A DNA stretch of 63,324 nt, counting the filler, from Choristocarpus tenellus KU-1152 (taxonomy: Eukaryota > Protista > Phaeophyceae), in assembly GCA_964200185.2 (NCBI GenBank). It is 11 parts of 11 records of this genome, joined end to end, with 100 filler letters (N's around TTAATTAATTAA, not from the genome) between each part and the next. Parts side by side here need not be neighbours in the genome. Positions count along the whole stretch, not along the records: positions 55,201 to 59,594 come from CAXNAD020014762.1; positions 59,695 to 63,324 come from CAXNAD020018850.1; 9 more parts are not named here. One strand, 5' to 3'. The position numbers and the translations under genes are program-made. Under the pieces are notes generated by a model. It had not been told where the DNA came from. It did no database searches and saw nothing but the letters and a program-made list of their open reading frames with translations. Below are positions 55,820 to 63,324 of the stretch, piece after piece. The first letter of the stretch is position 1. Each line of letters opens with the position of its first letter.

Positions 55820-57185
55820 TAGACATCGGATTAAAAAATAAAAGCGTAATCGTGATGCCCGTCACAATACCCTCCAGAGTACGGGCTTCGGTTTTCTTTG
55901 CCATTTTTTATTTTTTGAAGAAGGAGTGGTCATATTGGGGTTCGAACCCTGGATTGTAGGTCACCAAGATTGGCAACAGATATACTATCACTTGATTAAA
56001 GTGTAAGGTTTAGACAGGAAAAAAGCCTTCTTACCCTTTCTGCCTGTGTGTTCGCGCACTCACTCTTTGACCTCAGCAAGGATGTCCTCGTCGAGGCCCA
56101 GAAGTGCCTCTCGTCGGGCCCTTCCTGACCATCGCATATCCTGCTGCCATCTTGAGCGCTGTTTGACAGCCTTGCCCATCGTTCATACACAGGTACAGGA
56201 TTTGCAGTGTTAGAGCCTTTACTTTTCCTCGTTGAGCACCGGAAATGGGTTACCTTCTTTCGGGATTCAGAACCCTTGTAGACCAACCCTAACACCTTCT
56301 TTCTCGTTTTCTAAGCCACTCTGGCTCACATAGCTTCCAAACAGCCAGGACCTGCTGCAACTGTCGACTACTAAGATATTCTACACCCGGGTTTTCGCTT
56401 AGGTGTTTCCTGAGCGTAATGGCACGTAGTTGCACTGTTCTCCTCCCCAACCTTCCCTTCCGGCCACTCTGGTTCTCCCTTTGCCTGCCGTGACCAGGCT
56501 TCCCCACAGATTTCATCACTGTACCACACCACCTGGTGATGGACTCGCCGTTCTCTTCCTGCTTTCCTGAGGCGGCAGAGACTACAGAGCAGTACTCCAA
56601 CGTGGTTGAAGATCCAACCTCGATTGTTTGGTAATGCTTTCAATGCATCTTCTCTCAGCATCAGTGTGGCGACCGCATGGTCCATTTCGTGATTCGATCA
56701 TGCTGCTGCGCCACACTACTCGCACTCTCTCGTCACCTAACATTGCACTGAGTTCACACGGCACTTGTTTTTCTGGCCACTCTCGACAGAGAAGGTGCTG
56801 AGGGTAGATCCAGAGGGCAGAGTGGCCTCGGCGGCTCTCCTTGTCTCACTATCGCGGTTCATGTTGTTGTGTAAGTCATGTGTGTGTGTGCTCACAAAAA
56901 GTCTGCAAAATGCGTAAAAAAGAGAAAAATCTTGGGAAGGTTTTCTGCTTTTTTTTTCGGTGCGCCGCACCAGCCAAACTTGGGCAGCGACGTACCCTTG
57001 ACCAGTTTTCTGCAAGAGTTTTGCCAACCACTTCATTTTTGTCCGTTTTGAAGTCGTGACCTTCAAAATTGCACCAGAAGAGATATTCCCCCGCTTTTTT
57101 TTCCATTATTTGATCGGGACATAGTTCCCATTCACCGAAATTTCTACATTCCTCCATACAAACCTTCAAAAGGTCTTGTGACAAG
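55820..57185 (-). repeat. Dispersed repeat family R, copy 3 (internal deletions)
   Basis: Co-linear with 51930-53640. Confidence 0.85.
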
Positions 57186-58257
57186 CTTTAATTTGATACA
57201 TATGTTGTTGTATGTCTTTTGCGGCGATGCGGAGAAAAAAAGCGGAATGGCCACAGGGGGCGAAGTTACTGGTACCACCTTACTTAGCATATCTACAAAA
57301 TTTTAGAGGGCATAATAATAAATATATAATGGTACAATTGAAGTTGAGCCATCATGTAACACCAAGAATGTTGTTTGTAACCGTTATCTTGGTACAACAA
57401 TTTGAGAACAACAGGAAATGAATGTCCATTATAATACTATTCTCAACACGCACCATGAAGTAGACACCTGCTGCCCTCACTACAAAATTCATTTTTCGCG
57501 GAATGAAGGCAATGCTTGGAAGTCTATGCCATGCTGATAGCACAAGAAACCATACAGATATCTCGGATGCAAACTTCTGCCCAGATTGCGGCAAGCAGGT
57601 ATACACGGAACTGCACAACATCCTTCTCCAGAGTCCCATCGTAAACAGTGTCTGACTTGGATAACGCGTAACACCACGTTAGCACTTGTGATCTCCTAAT
57701 TGATCCAGCTGAAGGCTGGGTCAGCATTGGAAGGGTCGCACGGTCGGGAGTTGACTGGGAGCGCTGATGTGGCATGGAAGGTGTTCGGTTTCGCAGACGG
57801 CCAGGTAGCTGCGATGCGGCGAATGGCGAACAGGGCAAAGGATCGGAAGCGAACATTTAATCGTTGTTGCGATGGACAAAGGTGAGCGATCACAAATGTA
57901 TTCGGCTTGGACTTTAAAACCATTTTTCATCCTGTAGGACTACCAGTTTGAGTGCGTAATACGAAGTAGAATATATCGTTGTACGCCCTCTCTCGCAGGT
58001 CGTAAAGCGGGGGAGGCGCCCTCATGGTGACTAGATGGTTTGAACCATGACAGCTACTAGTAGATTTTTATCTTCGCTACGCGAAACTCCTTGTTCGTTG
58101 AGGTATGGTGTTTAACGGTGTTGAAATGCAATCAAATCCTAGAGAGTTGGAGGGGCGCACGCGATTCGGATAGTGAAGACAAAGCAATCAGCACAATTCA
58201 TCATATATCTGCAAATGTATCCCCCTTACCTTCTCGGGAAATACCTCGAGAAGTGCC

Positions 58258-58813
58258 ATGAAATATGTAAAAGGTGCAGTGAGAAAGGCACTTGAAGAAG
58301 TGGAAGCACAAATTGATGAGGAGATTTCACCTCCAAGCGAAGAGCAGGTCACCGTCATGGGGGTGGAATCAGTGATAGAGGGGGCTCAATGGAATTTGAG
58401 CAAACGGCAGCTGCAGGTGCTTGATAAAGATAGCCATGAATGCGTGTTTTCCAGTAAAGATATTTTGTTAGTCCATTGCGTCCTTTTCGTGTAGTAATGT
58501 GTTCATGGAGGACTGAACTGAGCGCTTTCTACAAACCCTGTGCCCTTGTGCAGGCGCTTTCCTCAACACGCTCTAGGATTCTCCGCGGTCAAAGAAGGTT
58601 GAAACCTTCCCTGGATTCTCAGTTGGCAACACCAGTACCAGCTGCAGTTCTTCCAAGTTGTGAACGCCTTGCAAAGAGTTTCTGCAGGGCAACAAAGGCT
58701 CAAGCAACGCACAAGAGAGCCTTTAGTAGACCGGTCAGTGACAAGAATCTGAGTACAATCTTCCCTTTACTTTCAAGAACCAGGACTCTTTTAATGACAC
58801 GCGGAATAGCACA
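58258..58813 (+). CDS. Possible two-exon fragment of an unknown protein
   Basis: 58258-58416 (CAG|GT) and 58554-58813 (TGCAG|...CAG|GT) splice in frame; no recognisable motif. Confidence 0.3.
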
Positions 58814-59276
58814 GGTCCAACATGGTCTGAAGCAGGAGATATCAGGACACAATGGAAGATATGAATATTCCACTATTTGTGGATGTTCAGTGAAATAGCA
58901 GACAGAACACAGCGAAATGACGAGCCACAGTCTCAATAACTCCTAGGAATGCATATATGGCTCTGTGACTCTGTAGTTCTGTAGCAGGGGGGAATTGAGA
59001 TATCATATTATCAATGTTCTATCTCTGACCCCAAATTACTTCACAATATGCTAACACGTTGAAAACTTTATTGTGGTTTATTAGTGACTTTCACATTCTA
59101 GAGCTGTACTATATTTTGCAACTATCAGGCAAGTAGCTGTACCCCTCTTTGTTTGGCTGTTTCCATTGTTCACAATTTGAAATCAAGAGATGCTTTAAGG
59201 AGAAACACGATCACACTTCTGTTACCAACTTTGTTCTCTCTCTCAGCATGTGTTACATTGCACATGATCTTTGTGC

Positions 59277-59314
<38 letters not shown>

Positions 59315-59317
59315 ACT

Positions 59318-59594
59318 GAGTAAACGTATCTTAGAGGGTACGAGTTTTTCCCTGTTTGTCCATTTGGGGCTTGGCTTCCCACTTCTTTTTTTATGACATT
59401 TTACCTACACCAAAATGTTTCGGAGTACGTAAAATGAATACGTTATGAAAAGGTGTGTACGGAACAAGGATAGCAAGATATCCTAACAAACACGATAGCC
59501 AAAATTTAATCAAAACTGCAACATTGGATTTCGGCCCCCAAATGGACGCGACCCTACCCTCTAAGATACTTTGAGGGTAAAAGTATCTTGGGGG
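59318..59594. mobile_element. MITE family A with a B/C-type end inserted in its terminus at 59575
   Basis: ...AGATACTTTGA|GGGTAAAAGTATCTTGGGGG; preceded by an (AG)n microsatellite at 59281-59312. Confidence 0.88.
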
Positions 59595-59694
59595 NNNNNN
59601 NNNNNNNNNNNNNNNNNNNNNNNNNNNNNNNNNNNNNNTTAATTAATTAANNNNNNNNNNNNNNNNNNNNNNNNNNNNNNNNNNNNNNNNNNNN

Positions 59695-61087
59695 GTGAAA
59701 GCTCTTAATAAGGAATTCCTTGTGAAGGATTTGGGGGATACAAAGTTGTACATGGGATGCTGTATTACACAGGATCGGAAGATGAAGACGCCGAAGAGAG
59801 TTAAAGTATCTGAGAGAATACGAGTTTTGTCCTGTTTGTGGCTCAAAGTATCTGGAGGGGGTGGCAGCTGTCCATTTGGGGCCATTTTTTTCCACGTCGC
59901 GATTTTTGTGTGATTTGGTTACATACGTCAGATGCAGAAGGTAACTGCACATTTCCAGGTTATGACCCAAATGGACACCCTCGTGCAGACCCCCCTCCCC
60001 CTCCAGATACTTTGAGTTTTATCCATTTGGGGCTTGACTTCCCACGCGTTTTTAATGAAGCTTTAACTATCCCAAAAATGTTTCCGAGTAGATAAAATGT
60101 GTACGTTATGAAAAGGAGTATCTGGAACCAGGATATTGGCATCTCCTAACAAACATGATAACCAAAACTACATCAAAATTGCAACATATTGGATTTTGAC
60201 CCCCAAATAGACACGGCCCTACCCTCTAAGATACTTTGGCTCAAGATCGATCAGCAAATATTCGTGGCAAGGCTGGTGGAACGCTTCAAGATCATCAAAG
60301 AAGATGATACGCCTAGATCTACAACCGGAATATCTGTCTGAGAAAGATTCGTGTGTGAATCTGGGCCCATCTACTCCATACAGGAAAGCAGTGGGTTCGT
60401 CAATCTGGTTAGTGACCATGACCAGGCCTGATATCTCCAACGCGGTAATGACTGTGGTCAGATTTTGCGGTAAACCAGGGCAGAGGCATATTGGGAAGAT
60501 GTTAGACATATTTTGTTCGGGGCATATGTGAGTCACACAAGGGGGAATGGCATCACATACGACGGAAAGCTGGAAAAACGACTGGAGGCGTTTGCTGATG
60601 CCGACTATGCATCTGATCTGGACCAGCGGAAGTCTGTATCTGGGGGATTAATTGCCAGTGGAAGTGTAGCATTTTCGTGTTTTTCTAGGATGCAGAAGGT
60701 GGTGGCTCTGTCTATGACAGAAGCTGAGCATGTGGCTATTAGTACCATGGCTAAGGAAGTGCTCTTCTCGAGAAAGGTATGGAGTTTGTGAAATTGGAGA
60801 AGACCACTAGCTGGAAATTGATGTACAAAGGTGATGATGATGCAGTGAAGCTGTCAGGAAACCCAATCAATGGGTTTAGGACAAACTATACAGATGTACG
60901 CCACCATTCCCTTGGGCAGTTGGTAGTGGGCAAGAATATAGAAGTTGTGCATGTGGGATCTGAGGAGCAACATGTGGAGTTTCTCACCAAGCCTCTCAAT
61001 TGCAATAGTTTTATACATCATGTGAGTGCTGAAATGAATTTTGATGATTTGATTTTTGAGGACGATGAGCTTGAGGGTTTAAAGTGA
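59695..61087 (+). mobile_element. Ty1/copia reverse transcriptase-RNase H relic
   Basis: KDLGDTKLYMG, PYRKAVGS..TRPDISNAV, EAFADADYASDLDQRKSVSG, VALSMTEAEH, TDVRHH, EFLTKPL; frameshifted and MITE-interrupted. Confidence 0.93.
59798..60242. mobile_element. MITE family A (AAGA TSD) carrying a nested family B MITE at 59840-60018
   Basis: Removing the element plus 4 bp restores the copia frame ...KTPK-IDQQIFVARLVERF; inner B is flanked by TTGT/TTAT. Confidence 0.93.
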
Positions 61088-61354
61088 AGCTAGGGTAAAC
61101 CTAGGATCAGTGTTGCGCTGTGATAGAACATTGTTGTGAGCGAACAGTAGGATAGGATGTTCGTATGAGGAGATGCTTTGAAGTACTGTACACACTAGAT
61201 GTTGCTACTAGTATATATGAAGTGGTTGTTATTTACATAGCAAAACAATGTGTGTATGTAGTACAGTAGATTAGTGAGGATCGGGAGGTTGGAATATGGT
61301 GATGTTGCAAAGTAACATTCTAGGAAAATGCATTAGTGTGTGATTTATGGAATT

Positions 61355-61608
61355 GAGTGAGAGTATCTTAGGGGAACGAGTTTTGCCCTGTTTGTCCGTT
61401 TGGGCTTGGCTTCCCACGGGTTTTTATATGACATTTTCCTACGCTGAATATTTTGGAGTAAGTAAAATTTATGCCTTGTAAAGGTTTGTCTGGAACAAGG
61501 ATATTGAAAATTCCTACCAAACACAATAGCCAAAATTGAATCAAAATCGCAACATCGAATTTTGACCCCCAAACGGACGCTGCTCTACCCTCTAAGATAC
61601 TTTGAATC
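61355..61608. mobile_element. MITE family A
   Basis: TIRs present; AATT/AATT TSD. Confidence 0.92.
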
Positions 61609-61701
61609 AATTGCGTCAAAGCGGGATTATGGAGACTAGGAACTACCCCCTGTCATGGATAGGTCTCACTCGTTGCTGTACCTTAATTAAACACATTCTA
61701 C

Positions 61702-62028
61702 CTCATCATCATCTTCTTCATGAAGCAGCACACTCTTTGGTAGTGCGCAAACACCTTCTGGCGAAATATCATTGCAGCTCTCAACAGGAACAATGGTTTT
61801 CCTTGCTTTATCCTCATCTACGAGTGCTTTTGATGTGGAAGTCACTGCCGTCATATTCCTATCGGAGGAGGCATCTTCACTGAAAACCTTTTTTTGCATA
61901 CTGTTTCTGCTGCTTCTCCGATGCACACTCTTTGTCTTATTGGTGGAAGAGGAGTTAATGTTCGCTGTAGCTTTCATTGGGCTAAGCAATGATGAAATGC
62001 AACTGCTGAAACCTTGGCGGTGTGAGAC
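61702..62028 (-). CDS. Probable isolated exon of an unknown Ser-rich protein
   Basis: Strong polypyrimidine acceptor (CTTC-Tn-ACATGCAG|), 109 open codons, GAG|GTAGAA donor. Confidence 0.5.
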
Positions 62029-62512
62029 CTGCATGTAAAAAAAAAAGAAGGGTTATTGGGCACTAGTTGAGAAAGTAAAGTGTCCTTGAATAATTCGAAT
62101 AGCAAAGCGTAGAAGCAAGCAAGCAGAAATGTTACATGAGGATTTCAGAATTTGATGATAAGTGTGTGTTGTTTCAACATCATTGTATTAGGGTTAGGGT
62201 TGGTCAAAGTAGGTTTGTTGACTGTAGATGATATGCGGCAAGGTTGATTGAATAGATACAAATATATGTGTCTATTGAATCGCAGCCTCACCATCCTGTA
62301 TTTTTTTTCTGTATCAACCTTAACCCCCCAAAAATGCTTGAGAAACATATGTGGGATACCTACTACAAAAGTCCTAAACCTAACCCTTCCAACTCACCTC
62401 AATCATGCCAATAATAATCAATTGTCTCACAGAAGCGATCAAGGACTCCTCTTTTGCTGTCTGTTTGAGGATATGGAAGGATCGTATCATGAGGTAGGGA
62501 GCGTCAAACACT

Positions 62513-62780
62513 GAATGAAAGTATCTTAGAGGGTACGAGTTTTGCCCTGTTTGTCAGTTTGGGACTTGACTTCCCACAGGTTTCTAATGACCTTTTCCTA
62601 CTCCGAAATAATTTCGGAGTAGGTAAAATGTGTATGTTTTGGAGTAGGTATCATATATATGTCCAGAACAAGGATATTGACATTTTCTAACAAACACGAT
62701 AGCCAAAATTACATCAAAATTGCAAGATTGGATTTGGCCCCCAAACGGACACGACTCCACCGTCTAAGATGCTTTGACTC
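62513..62780. mobile_element. MITE family A (variant with internal GAGTAGGT duplication)
   Basis: TIRs and A body; same internal duplication as the 39340 copy. Confidence 0.92.
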
Positions 62781-63324
62781 ACATTCATGTGGAGTCGAGT
62801 AGGGGGAAATGTTAACTTTTCTCAAACACTCCATACCTTCCATGGGGCTGCAGTGAACATCATGATGAAACAGAGAGAGGGTGTATCTATCACTGTGGAT
62901 ACCAAATATTTTCAAACTATCTGATCGCCCCAGATGACCACAATGTCCGTTGTTGTGAATATATATATATTTTCTCAAGTATTGGTGGACCAAAATCGAG
63001 TGCACATGATGAGGGTGTTTGTTGCTTAGCTCATTGGCCTTAGTCATCTCACTAACCTTAGATCTCTTGAGCAATTTACCAAAGACTAATCCTACACGTT
63101 GAAGGACGCTAATAATCCTTACCAACAAGTGTAGTTGGTACATGATACCTACCTTCTTGCCATATCTACATACCTTCCCTTGAAAATTGACCACACCAGG
63201 TACTACACACAACGCATAACAAGAAACTCTTACAAGCAAAACGGTGCAGAACAGGAGACTGGGGTCTCCAGGATGGGGGGGAGGGGAAAGTTGATTCCAT
63301 AGTACCAACCATTTCTTTTGACCA
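62781..63324 (-). mobile_element. Possible decayed copia pre-integrase/integrase fragment
   Basis: 'KVCRYGKK', 'HHVHSILVH', 'LKIFGIHSDR' and 'ISPYSTPH' occur in the order of copia CxxGK, LVHSDL, IRSDNG and PYTPQ motifs. Confidence 0.5.

Noticed and set aside
57480-57900. 'FCPDCGK' zinc-ribbon-like peptide on the + strand
   Set aside because: Isolated half-motif followed by a stop; no supported gene model
4466-59694. Regularly recurring TTAATTAATTAA palindrome
   Set aside because: Artificial all-frame-stop linker within N runs; also invalidates any gene-cluster inference across contigs

Overview
Eukaryotic, intron-rich, transposon-dense DNA. The gene families, short exons and TTAGGG-type repeats suggest a stramenopile, probably a brown alga or relative (inference). 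The window is 11 contigs joined by ten artificial 100-nt N44-TTAATTAATTAA-N44 linkers, so adjacency across gaps means nothing. Host genes I could splice together by eye: the 5' part of a STE20/GCK-III kinase (+); a complete 12-exon, about 708-aa secreted protein (signal peptide, right-handed beta-helix, Asp-rich 8-aa repeats, F5/8C/CBM32-like domain) (-); two exons of gamma-glutamyl phosphate reductase (-); and the last three exons of a DUF1295 membrane protein, including a GC-AG intron (-). Mobile DNA includes an intron-containing Sola2-like DDD transposase, degenerate Ty1/copia pieces, a DD39D mariner relic, a LINE 3' relic and an unassigned dispersed repeat. There are also about 30 copies or fragments of three MITE families (A, B, C) that share a terminal motif (5'-GRNYSAAAGTATCT) with the sequence just downstream of the transposase. 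Most notable: these ends are bipartite, with a terminal 14-mer plus an inner GTCCATTTGG/GTCCGTTTCG motif. The inner motif lies about 31-32 bp from one end and about 41-44 bp from the other, a one-helical-turn asymmetry reminiscent of the RAG 12/23 rule. The MITEs also show mixed 3- and 4-bp target duplications and frequent nesting into one another.
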